Below the pieces are notes generated by a model. The model had not been told where the DNA came from and made no database searches. It saw only the letters and a program-made list of their open reading frames with translations. DNA of 64,000 bases from Hydrolagus colliei (taxonomy: Eukaryota): NCBI GenBank assembly GCA_035084275.1, contig CM068749.1:15748001-15812000 (forward strand), read 5' to 3'. Below are positions 13,235-24,374 of the stretch, one piece after another. Each line of letters opens with the position of its first letter. Positions within the stretch are counted from its first letter, which is position 1. Both the position numbers and the translations under genes were made by a program.

Positions 13235-13696
13235 GTGAGTCAATGGTAGAACATAAGATAGTACAGGAAGAACAAAACCATTTCAGCCATTATACTGCTG
13301 CGTGCAATGATAAAATCTAATCTGCCCTATCAATAAGACCACCCTCATTGAAAAAACAAATAATTGGGAAGTTATTATCATTAACAATTCTATCATTTGT
13401 TTCTTTTTCTACATTTCTGTTAGATTCTCAGCAAATGTTTTCTGAATGTGGACTGTTCATCAATCATTGATGTGCTACGTGCTTAAAGGATTTATTGAAT
13501 CTGGCTATATGAAGGAACTGAAACAATATTAGAAGAGATAAAGAGGGCTATTTTCTGGCTGGTGGGCGTTAAGGTACTTTAAACCATATTTTCCATTTTT
13601 GCAGCACACGGTTACTGCTCACCCAGTTGCACTCCATTCTCTGCTTCACTGGTTTTATTAATGCTGTTGGTGGAAATTTGAGCTATCTGATGTTAT

Positions 13697-14930
13697 TTGA
13701 TCCTCAAATTTGCTATATTTATACATGCAAAGGATATGATTTACTGTGTTTATGGTAAACACAGGAAATGGCGATCGAGAAATGACATGCTTCGACAAGA
13801 TGCATTGATGATCAAATGTGGGAAATCAAGTATTCCTTGGCATGCAAAACCAACTCTGTGCGCTCTACAGGTGTGTGTTGAGGCACAGGCCAGCGAAGAG
13901 CTCATTACTTTAAAATATGCTGAGACATCTATCATTAGAGTGAAAAATGCTGCATGCGATAATTATCGTATAACATTTATTTCACGAGAGAATCAAGTTC
14001 AGCAAGTTTTAAATTAGAATTGCTCAGGAGAGAAGAAGGGTGAAACTTGGTAACAGATGCGCGTTTCCTCCTACATTGTGCTTCATGAACTGTGAGATGA
14101 TGGGGTTAAGAAAAACATCACCCGTTCACTTGGACTTTGTCTTCGGCTTGTCTTAAAAAACACACTAATGGATCCAGTCACAGGTGGATGTGCCAACGCT
14201 GTCTCTTCATCTGAAGCTGTTGCAGATCTTGGTAAATAATTTTAAAAAATTTACACATCATTTGCACATCGAAAATATTTATTTTCATTATCAAGTCCAT
14301 AACATTCACTGTTTTAATGACACCGGCCACTGTTGTGGAGTCCTGGAAGTTCTCGTCTGATAACATCCAGTGACCTTCATTATTGTGTTCCAAGTAAATC
14401 ATTTAAGCAGTGATTTTCTGTCTTTTGCAGTAGCTTTACCTCACACAGAAGTCCATGCAGAGTTCAAAGTGTAATCATATAAGCTGTCTGTTATGTCCTT
14501 CCAGATGAAGTTCTCTGCATTTACCTTTGTGTCAATGCACATAGACATCACAGGTTTCAGAAAGCAACAAAGACATCTCATGCACAGATGTCGACATCTC
14601 TCATCAGGAGAAAGAACCCCTGCAAACACCCAGGATCCAGGGGAGAAACTGCATCCCTGCGTGTCAGGAGAAAACAGATGGTTGGACCCATCGGAGGGGC
14701 TTTTATGGGTTGCACAATCCACATTGGCGGGTGGAGGACAAAGAGCACAGCAGTGTCTGAAAGTACAGGCATGGGCCCTTCCGTCCTTCTGCAACATGTG
14801 GAGCATAATGAGTGATGTTGTTTGCGTGCATAAATGCAAATCTGTGGATCACTGGAATCTGCGACAAGTCACTGATACAAATGATGTAACTGGGCCATGC
14901 TTGCTGGGCACGGCAGGTGAACAATCTTGG
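13697..14930 (+). pseudogene. Putative degraded Myb/SANT-like DNA-binding gene of a PIF/Harbinger transposon
   Basis: 13810-13929 translates DQMWEIKYSLACKTNSVRSTGVC*GTGQRRAHYFKIC*DI, resembling the Myb/SANT-like (NAIF1/MSANTD type) motif W..IA..VN.VS..GV.R...Q...KW.D. It is followed by RIAQERRRVKLG (from 14016) and a GC-richer, stop-poor segment to ~14930. Confidence 0.4.
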
Positions 14931-14943
14931 TGAAGGATCAGAT

Positions 14944-14985
14944 AGCCTCCTCCATGAAGCATCAGAGAGCCTCCTCCATGAAGCA
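14944..14985. repeat. 18-bp direct repeat, 24-bp period
   Basis: AGCCTCCTCCATGAAGCA at 14944 and 14968. Confidence 0.9.
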
Positions 14986-15087
14986 ACAGGAGGATGAGTG
15001 CATTCAGAGCAGCCTTACGATCTCTGTTTCCTGTGAACACATAAGTCTTATGTTTAGTCCTCAGACAGGTGTGTTCCATTCACTGCG

Positions 15088-15174
15088 CCCCCACCTCCTC
15101 AACCCCCACCCCCCTCCTCCCCTCCCCTCCCCCCCCGCCCCCCCCACCCCACCACCACCACCACCACCACCACC
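15088..15174. repeat. C-rich tract plus (CCA)n microsatellite; G-quadruplex potential on minus strand
   Basis: Multiple runs of 3-8 C followed by about 9 CCA units. This explains the poly-Pro and poly-Trp/Gly ORFs. Confidence 0.9.
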
Positions 15175-15974
15175 ATTGCACAGTACCACTATGTGAAGCA
15201 TCCTTCACGGAATGAGTCCTTCTAAAATTTTGGCAGACAGTCTCCAGGGATATTGGTGAAACGACCATAGTTTTAATATGTATTACTTACACTGTCTGAT
15301 TTATTTTATATCATGGCTGCTCTTGCACTTTTTCTGAAACAAAGAAGACTCATTACAGCATCCTGTCCTTTTTGTTTACCTACAGGAATAAAATCTTAGG
15401 ATATAAAGTAATGTGATACCACATTTGGCCAGTGTGAATGAGAGAAGCTCGGGAATATATTTACCAAAATATTTATATATTTGACTTAGAAGTTTGTGAT
15501 TTTCACTGATACTTTGTTCCATGCCTCCTTTCTCCACATTTTATTCCGGTTCCATAAACAGATTTGAAATTATCGCATGATGGCTATCTTCCTCCGAGCC
15601 CAATACTGTTTACCTCTGAGAGATTCTCCCACACATTTTGCCCTTTATCTTGTTGCCCTCTGGGTTCTGCTTTCATAGATAGATTTCACACACAAAGTTG
15701 GACCGTATTAAGATATACTTTCTGTTTTATGCAGAAATATAAATTTTTGTGCAGATGGTGATGTTTTCTTCGTGTCCATTAAGAACATTATCAAAATATC
15801 ACATCATTCAAAAGATTTCATTGAACATTTGATAGAGATTGGCAATGTTACAAACACTCATTTATGTTGTTTGATGATACGACAAAACGCATCAGTGAAC
15901 TGTATACACTTGAGTTTTGTTCGTTAAAGATATGGAACTTTTTGTAGATTTGGCCAAAAATAGTGATTGGCTGA

Positions 15975-16317
15975 CACTCTCAAATTCCTCCTCCTTCCAT
16001 ATTCTTTCTCTGTTTTCAAAAGTCTTACTAAAAACCTACTCTTCAACCATGTCTTCAATCGATTCCCTATTTCCTCTTCCATTTGCCACTTTGATTGAGT
16101 TTCCATTTTGTAATAATTTCTTGCATTTTACATCATATTGTCAAGATGTCTCAAAATGCTTCACGGGATTTTTACTGTGAAGTGTAGTGATTGTATATCT
16201 GTGGGTCGAAAATCATCTAAAATGGCTAGGACATTGGGAGAAACTTCCTTCTGTTCTCTGTCTCTGGACAACACTTTGAGACCGTACCAAGATGAAAGAT
16301 GTTATATAAATACAAGT
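15975..16317 (+). mobile_element. Degraded L2 3' end, interrupted by an opposite-strand SINE tail
   Basis: TTCAAAAGTCTTACTAAAAACCTACTCTTCAACCATGTCTT resembles L2 FKS.LKTYLF. Tail ACACTTTGAGAC...GAAAGATGTTATATAAATACAAG at 16271-16316. Confidence 0.5.
16111..16210 (-). mobile_element. Main-family SINE 3' fragment
   Basis: TAATAATTTCTTGCATTT...GATGTCTCAAAATGCTTCACGGGATTTTTACTGTGAAGTG. Confidence 0.7.
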
Positions 16318-16390
16318 AAATTTGCACAAGTCGTATCAGTCAGGACTACAATATTTAATACGACTTTCACAAAATACAAGTTGCATCAGT
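16315..16390 (-). mobile_element. Arm of Tigger/pogo-like MITE (copy 1, partial)
   Basis: AGTAAATTTGCACAAGTCGTATCAGTCAGGACTACAATATTTAATACGACTT is the reverse-complement homologue of 20847-20899 and 43894-43946. Confidence 0.7.
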
Positions 16391-17264
16391 CAGCGTAACA
16401 CCACTTATTCAAAGTGACGTATAAATTTGTCTTTTGTAACATTATGTTAGTGCTATCAAGGGGCGAGAATGCTACCATTGCACCAAGTGTCTATTTTCAC
16501 AGGAAACTGATTGGGACTGAGTTGCAAGTACGACGTGTGTGATTATCCGATTTATAACGAGATGACTTGTGGGAGTTTACCTGTGCAAAGAAATGCTGCC
16601 ATTTGATGCGTGTTGTGTTCTCATCCAGTATTACTGATAAATTAGATTCTGTGTCTAGAATGGAGACACTAGGCCACCCTGCATCTGTGTGTTTGGGTTT
16701 CTGATATTCACTCTGCTGAAGTTTGATGGAACATGGTATTCTGGCCATGACAATAAAGATCTGGTGTAGTAAAAATATCCATCAATTCACTTCTGCAGTT
16801 TAACTTTCATTGTGAAAAATAAATTTACCATCTAAAATGGTGCAGAAGAGAGCTTTAAAACTGTCATCTGACTTCTGCTTGCTTTTTTCCAACAGTGTTT
16901 TATACCGTATACTGTAATACCTGTTACATTTCACATAGCCAATTTGCTATAGATATCTAAACCCAGTCATTCTGTGCAGTGTAGAGAATAACAAGAGAGC
17001 ATCTGGTCAACTGCTTCTGAAAAAAAATCTAAATGAAACCATTATTGCCATGTCTCGGGTCTCCTGTCAAAGCACTTCTCTTTTCAGTTCAGTGACAAGC
17101 AGTGTGCTGTAAAAATAGGAGCTAGTGTGAACAGACCTTCAGACAGATCGAAGGCTTGTTTGTAATGTAATTTACCAAATTCCATCCAATGTGTAAAAAT
17201 ATGTTTTATGAGGACAATATCGAAACGGGCATTTAGAAAGTAGTGAGAGACGAACAGTGAAAAT

Positions 17265-17653
17265 TCAGGGTGTTGAATCGGGTTCCGAGAGTGAAGGTTC
17301 CCAAAAGAAGTGAGGATACGCTGCATAATGTGTCAGTCCCCAGACTGCAAAACCATCCTTTGTTTCAAACTTGAAGCTCAGAGGTGTGTATCCCACAGGA
17401 CTCAAGGAACTGTATCCCTCCAGGGTATGTTTTCTTAAAATACGCCCTAGAGCAGTCTCTCTCTGCAAGTCCCAGTTTAGAAAGTGGAGAGCCAGAGCTT
17501 TCCATGTATTCCAGACTTTGAACAATATGTTGTGATTAATTGTGGAAGCTTCCTCAGTTGGAGTTGTTTTAAGAATATTCTCTCCCTCCTCTTCATCAAT
17601 CAGAACTTTTAAGTGATCCCGTGTTGTGGTACTGGCAGCAATAAATTGAGTCA
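17265..17653 (-). other. Unassigned 129-codon ORF, possible terminal exon
   Basis: Pyrimidine-rich acceptor GATTTGTTGTTCTTTGTTATTCTTCACTCAAAG directly upstream, with open reading to TGA. Protein-like composition but no family recognised. Confidence 0.25.
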
Positions 17654-18615
17654 CTTTGAGTGAAGAATAACAAAGAACAACAAATCACAGCTGAAAATAA
17701 ATTTTTAAAAAAGCTGGTCATCTTAATGAATAGTTAACAACACGGTATCTATACATTGTGATGTACTTTACATAAACTATTAAAGAATACATTTGTATCC
17801 AAGTAATCATCTTGCTTCAAACATTGTAGTTTGAAAAAAAAAGTGTGGAGGATTAAAGAATGCTCATTTTAAGTAAAATGTGTTGTTTCATTCACAAGAT
17901 ACTATCTTGGAGACATTTGTGATAATCTAGCATCTTATTCCACGTGGTATATTACCCTTGAGGAGATTATAAACACATTCGTTTTGAGTCTTATGCGCTT
18001 AGAACTAATTTTCTGGTAATATAAAAAGTGTTCTTGAAATTAATTTCCTGTCAGATCAGCAGTGTTCAAGTGAATATTTTATGACTTTGCATTAGTTGTA
18101 TTTGTCCAGAGTTGTGACATGATCGAGTCATTCTCTGAGGGAAACACATTAATAATTAAACTCTGAGCAATGCGCAGTGCTAAGAATGACAGCATAATTG
18201 TACATTTTCACAGGCTGTTTTATAAGGCAGAAATGAGAATGCCTTGCCACCATTTAAATGTCAATTTCAAATTTCCTCCCAAAATTAAAATACTGTGGTA
18301 GGAAAAAGGTTTATGTCAAATTTTAATATCTTTCATTGCTTTTAATATGGACTAAGTGCAAATGGCTTCAGTCATTTTTCCAAGGACTGAATGAACTGTC
18401 ACCCTGGAGTTTGTTTTAGCATATAATACCACCAACACAGAATTTCTGCTATTTAAATGATAAATGCAACACACAGTTTTGTTGAAAATAGGAATGCCCA
18501 AAACTGATTGTGTTCAGCTTTGTAGCTTAAGAGCTTTCTTTATTTAAAATAAAAACTTGCCATTTGACTGACACAATTAAGATATTGATGCAAGTTGCAT
18601 TGATTTGTATTTCAG

Positions 18616-18653
18616 GGTGGACTTATTGAAATAAATGTCAAAAGGAGCAGCAG
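18616..18653 (+). other. Candidate 38-nt micro-exon (unverified)
   Basis: TTTGTATTTCAG|GGTGGAC...AGCAGCAG|GTAAGA, with a consensus acceptor and donor. Confidence 0.25.
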
Positions 18654-19089
18654 GTAAGAGACCTACGGTATATTTATTTATTCAGAAACACAAAACCAGT
18701 GCCCTGATTCTCAAGCAGTGCTGTGGAAATTCCCATGCTTTGTTTATACTGCTGGAAATGAAGTAATCTCATTTCCAGTAGAGCGAAGTGGAGCAGTAAG
18801 TCTGATTTATACTTACTATCCTTCATTGGATTGGTCACGGGCTGTTACATTAACAGTGGATATTGAAGTTCTACGATTTTGCAGGTAAGCATGTCCTCAG
18901 AGCAATGAAACTTGGTGATAATTTTTTAATGTTATTAAAGAGCTGGTCACACAACCAATGTACCACCCAGAGATAGTCAGGGACCATTTGAAAAAGGCCT
19001 ATTGAATTCTCATTGCTGAATTTACCAAACATATATAGACCACTAGATTACAGGTTCAATTCCCTATTTTATCTAGGGTCCCTGATTTC

Positions 19090-19550
19090 TACAAGACAGC
19101 AGATAGACTCAATGGACAAGTTTACAGCACATATGGAGCCCACTTACCCCACTATGTTTATGCTGGTGCTCGCTCCTCCACTGAAGCTTCAATATAATTT
19201 CCAGTTTTCCCTAAACTTTAATATTATCCTACCTCAAGAATTTTATCAGTTGCCTTTCAAATGTCAGGATTCACTTGGCTATAATAGCCATTTGTGGTCA
19301 AACATTTTGCATTCTTTCCCTCTGTGAAAATAATGAAGTAATTTTTTTCATGTCTAATTTTGAAAATCTTTATTGGATTCCTCTTATCTTTCTCTGCTCA
19401 ACAAGTGTGCTCTTGTTTAATTCACCCCTGCTTATAAAATCTAGAATTTTTTTTCCTTGTTTCATGCATCTTGTCTATTTGAACACCCAAATTTAAAGAT
19501 GTTAATGATTCTTTATTCCTAAGTACAGTATCTATGCATCTCCAGTCCAT
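19090..19550 (-). mobile_element. Old CR1 LINE 3' fragment
   Basis: CR1-type terminus TTTACAGCACATATGGAGCCCACTTACCC...TGTTTATGCTGG, followed by degraded reverse-complement ORF2 C-terminal sequence (AAGAATTTTATCAGTTGCCTTTCAAATG..., CATTCTTTCCCTCTGTGAAAA). Confidence 0.5.
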
Positions 19551-20507
19551 TGAGAATATTATCATGAAGGATATACTATCCTTTCTTTTTCCTCCGAAAA
19601 TAGACTGGAATACTACAATTGGCCTTAATATTCCCAGCTCTGGAGAGAGAGAACTTCGGCTCTTCTGTAGTGCAATTGAATTGCCTGTTTATTGAATAGA
19701 CATGCATTACACAAGGCACACTTGAAGGTTGGCTATTTGAGGGTATCAAATGGTTGCAGGCATCCACAGAACTGAACCTACCCAAATGTCAGAGCTTTAG
19801 GAGAGGCAAAGGTTAGAAAAGTGACCAAATCTTTGTACAGTACTACTAGAGACTAAACTATTTCCAGTTCACTGGAAAAATCATTGAAAATGCTTTTATA
19901 TTCTTTTGTAATTTCATTTGTTTTCGAAAATGTTAGATTTTGCTGAATTATTTTGCAAGAAAGGGACAATCTGGGGCGAGGGGGGTGGGGGGATACAGGT
20001 CAAACCATTTGTAAAATATGGAGTCCAGTAGAAAGGCACAATAATTCTTTGTATATGCTTAAGATGATGATGTGTATTTTTCTCATTGTATCCAGTAACA
20101 ACTTATTTGTGAGCTATATTAAATGAAGAGACATTTATCCCCTGTACCACAACAAACATTAACACACACACAATCCTATTCCAAAAATGTGCTTCAGCCA
20201 CAGGCTTTGAATAATGTCCCTCATTGCACCATTATGACATTTCCAATTCCCACACCATCTATCCTTATGGCCGTTCTTTGCAAGATCACCCAATTAGTGG
20301 TGAATTATAGGCAGTTTTCTGCTGTTGACTTGTGTTTACCGGGAAGAGAATTGAGGCTGTCTAAACTAATTTTGCATTAGACCCTTTATAGCGCTTAGAA
20401 ATACATATCTTTTATATGCCTTGTATCTGGTCTGAATTCCTACACAGATTACAGAGATGAAAGGAACTGGGTTGCAAACTGGGGCACCCAGTCCCCCTAA
20501 AAAAATA

Positions 20508-20899
20508 CAGTACAACTTCAGTCATAAATCGTATCTTTATAAATCGTACAATTCCCTGTGTCCTATTCAGTTCCCTGTCAAACTACTCAGATTTCTTTCT
20601 ACTATGTATTTATACCTTTCTAACTCATGACAACGTTCACCTTTCCTCCATTATGCTTGCACTTTCCGGCTGCATGCAATAAATCGTGGAAAATTATGTC
20701 CTGGCCGTTCGAAGCATACAAATTTACCAGCTGCATGGACTCGCAGGAAAGGTAGTCTTGATCTGTTGATGGAGGTGTAGAAGAACTTCATTTCCTGTGA
20801 TTCTTATGTGACACCCACAATTTTGACTGTAAATTGGACTTCACGCAGGTTATGTTAAACGTTATGATCCTGACTGACACGACTTATGTGAGTTTAATG
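20508..20899 (+). mobile_element. Tigger/pogo-like MITE (copy 2, near full length)
   Basis: TA|CAGTACAACTTCAGTCATAAATCGTATCTTTAT at the left and GACACGACTTATGTGAGTTTAATG at the right. Both ends and internal TCGCAGGAAA and ATTTC(C/T)TGTGATTCT are shared with 43573-43946. Confidence 0.7.
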
Positions 20900-23020
20900 G
20901 AATATGACTTTCATGACATGAATGAATGCTACCTTACTGGTGCCATTTCTACCTGAGCTTTCTGGTATTCATTGAATCTTCAGTTTATTTTGTAAAGACT
21001 CTTATTTGCATTTTTTCAGTGCTCTCCTCTGAGTTTCCATGTTAAAATAAAATTTTGGAGAAAAATGGAACTAAGGATCAGCCTGACTTTACAATTTAAC
21101 CTGGAGGAGAAAATGATAAATCAACACAGGCATAGATGGAGAATTAAGAGTCAAGGAGGATTGGATACTTGTCACTGCTAATTATTGTTTCCTCATTGAA
21201 GCCATACAAAAGAAAATGTAATATTAAGTCCAAGTATCTTTGACAGCATGACTATTCAATGTGGTGCGTCAATGTGTGTTCATTAAGTGAAAAAAAAAGT
21301 TTTACTTTTTATCTAAGCCAAGTCTGGCCAGGCTCTTCACTGTACTTGAAGATTTGAAAGGATATCTTCAGAACCACTAAGAACATTAGCTCTTTTGTGA
21401 CAACTCTAGGGCTGCCTCCTACAATATTGCTTGTCTCTTCCAAGTGTATTGCATGTGTTAAGATTTGGCACAAGCCACTGGACAAGTGTGCTGATCTTTT
21501 GTTTTGTCTGCATTGTGAGTGGAAAATGAAACAGGGAGGGAGTTTTTTTTGTTATATTCATACAATTAAATCATTTGATCTATTTGTACATAAGTTTGCG
21601 AGTAGGTGAAAACATAAAAACTATGGCACTTATTGACTGGTGATATCACTTGTGGATGTATTTCTGACCTTAACAATGAATTTCAAAAACAATTAACTAT
21701 AGACAGGTATTAATAAAGAGCATTGCTGATGCATTAACTTATTTCAGCATAAATCAAAATGACAACAATTTACATGGTATATATTTATGTAAGCTGATGG
21801 ATACGGAAGGACACCTTAAAGCGACAAAAACAGGTTTAGAAAGGGATCATCTTATCAAATAGCAACACCTGATGATTTAGAATCAAGTACCTCATTGATG
21901 TGCCAGACCCAAGCCTTACAGAGGTAAAATACTGAGACTGTGAATAAATTTTCAATTTGAAAATCATAATAGTGCAGGTAAAGCAATTATTGGCTTCATA
22001 AGATGATCTGCAATGTCTCAGGGTTAATAGATCCTGCAGACAAGTGCTCCAGCAACTGATGAAGATTTTAATTCTTTAATAAAGTGGCAGATTAAATGAT
22101 TAGTTTACAGTGCTCATCAAAATTACAGTAATCTGTGGAACCATGCACTTCTTTGCCATTGGTTGAGAGTAATATCTTTAACACTTCTCACAAAGTTCTC
22201 ATTGAGATAATAAATTAGCCGTTTATTCAGATAAAAGTTTTAAGAAGCACTGCTGATCATTCTGTCTTTCTAAATTGTTGTTCTTTTCGTATCAGACTGT
22301 CACTGAGGTCCACTTATATGTGGAAGTTTAACATTGCCAAAAATTCAAACATTTTTGACATCATACTCGTGGGATGCATGGAACTTTGTTTGGTTTGGAT
22401 GCTCTTAAGTGTGGTGAGGAGTTTCCGCATGTGTCAGATATCCGGCTCACCCCAAAAAAAACACTATCTGTTTTAAAACATCGACTGTAAAAGAATCCAT
22501 AAAATAGTTATGCATGTTGGTATAAATTTTTATTGCATGACATTAAAGTTTCCGATTACCTGGAATACATTCTCAAACATGAACTCCATTTCCTCTTTGA
22601 TCTTCATTGAAACCTCAAATTAGTAAGATTTAAGAAAACGTTTGCAGAGTATTCTTCAATACTGTGCTTTGGTGTTTATTCTTGCGGTTAAAAACATCTT
22701 GAAATGTACTCGCCAATTGGCAAGAAGCTCTGTTTTTCCAGCTTGTCTGCATTACATTGACTTTTCCTTCATCAAAACCAGTTACTTAAACTTCAGTCAC
22801 AAGAAATTGATTAAAATGTCTCTTTGGTACAGACAAGTAGATAGTCATGAACTAGAGAAGAGTACAGTAGGCTACAAATGACCACATCAGGCAAGGAGAC
22901 AGAAACACGTAACATTGAAGGATTAAAATGGTTTGCGAGTTGCAAACTGGTATCTTGCTCTGCTGTTGAATGGGCACTGATCTATATTTTGCTCATGGTC
23001 AAATGAGAGTATACTGCATT

Positions 23021-23057
23021 AAATATATATATATTTATAATATATATATATATATAT
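23021..23057. repeat. Interrupted (TA)n microsatellite
   Basis: AATATATATATATTTATAATATATATATATATATT. Confidence 0.9.
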
Positions 23058-24080
23058 TCTAGAGTTACAGCTAGTCTATCACATCTGTTGGAAAAATAAG
23101 TAGAGGAAATGAGACAGGTGGGAGGGATAAAGAGTTTCACATGCTGAGTATTATTAGTAGCCACAAAATTACCTTTTGTAACTTGCAATTTGTCCAAATG
23201 ACCACTTCTAATGGGTAAACCTAGATAGTAAGCAACAGCAAGATTTTTGGGTCGGTGGGGGGGCTTTTGAAAGCAATAATGGCATTGCCTGATATCCTCA
23301 CACCTCCAGCTTAGTTATCTGATGAGATTTCAGAAGCCTGGATTTTTGACTCATTTTTCTCTTTTAGCTGCAGAAAGTTGATGTCAATCGTAGCCTTCTG
23401 TGCATTCCAGATAGCACCCTTAACAGTTGAATAAACTGGCAGCATAACATCAACAAATAATATGTATATAACGCCTTCCACACAGGCAGCATAATTCATG
23501 TTTTAAGTTATTTACTTTAAGCATAGTTTTTTTTTGAAGAGACACACAAAAATTTGAAATAAGATATTAGAATTTCTATGCAGGAGATCAACAATGGCAA
23601 CTTGTATTTAAATAACATCTTTCAATCCACAATGGAATGTCGGAATCAAGCCAGCCCTCTGTGGTCCTCTGTGGTAATCTGGTTCCTGAGGTCCGCAATA
23701 TTCCAGGCCACTGCTGACGACAGCACAGCCAGTACGCCTAATCATCAGGACTTGGAAGAGCAGACCAGTCACTGGGGCAGGGAATCATTCCACTCAACTC
23801 CTGTTAAAAGAGCTGAGCAAGCCAAAACCCTAACGGGTTGGGTGGTCCTAGGTGGACAAGCAGCGGGAAAGTTTCCCTGATAGCAATATCAATGGCAAGC
23901 TATGCAGTTTTGGCTGGTTATACTCAGCAAGTACCCCAAGGCACACTCTGGGATCCCCAAGCCTTGGTTCTTGCCAACCTATCTTAATTCTTTCCAGAAG
24001 TACATAAGCAGGATGCGTCCCTCAGGGGAGAGTGTCCATTCCATTCCAACAATGTATCCCTAGGATTTCAATGTGTAGAT

Positions 24081-24374
24081 GGAGTCCTCTAGCTCGGTGG
24101 TTAGAGTACTTGTCTCGCAAGTTCAACTCCAGGCAGGGTGAAATCTTGGGCAAGTTTCCTTACTCCATATGCCTAATAACAAACCCTCAAAAAAAATTAA
24201 AATTGGTGATTTCAATCCAGGACTGTTTGTGGGACACTGCTGTGCGCAATTGGCTGGCACATTTTGCTAACAAATATACAGACAATTTGCTTTACAGTAT
24301 ATTCTGTGAAACACTTTGAGACGCCTAGAAGACATGAAAAGCGCTATATCAAATGCAGGGATTATTATTATTAT
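24081..24374 (+). mobile_element. Full-length main-family SINE with small deletion upstream of B box
   Basis: GGAGTCCTCTAGCTCGGTGGTTAGAG...CTTGGGCAAGTTTCCTTACTCC...GTGGGACACTGCTGTGCGCAATTGGCTG...AAAAGCGCTATATCAAATGCAGGG(ATT)n. Confidence 0.95.

Noticed and set aside
14441-14839. Cys-rich 132-aa minus-strand ORF, considered as a KDZ/Zisupton-type or zinc-finger protein
   Set aside because: Motif order and Cys spacing do not fit. Better explained as the antisense of a GC-richer fossil.
14927-15268. Poly-Pro and poly-Trp/Gly ORFs
   Set aside because: Translation of the C-rich/(CCA)n tract.
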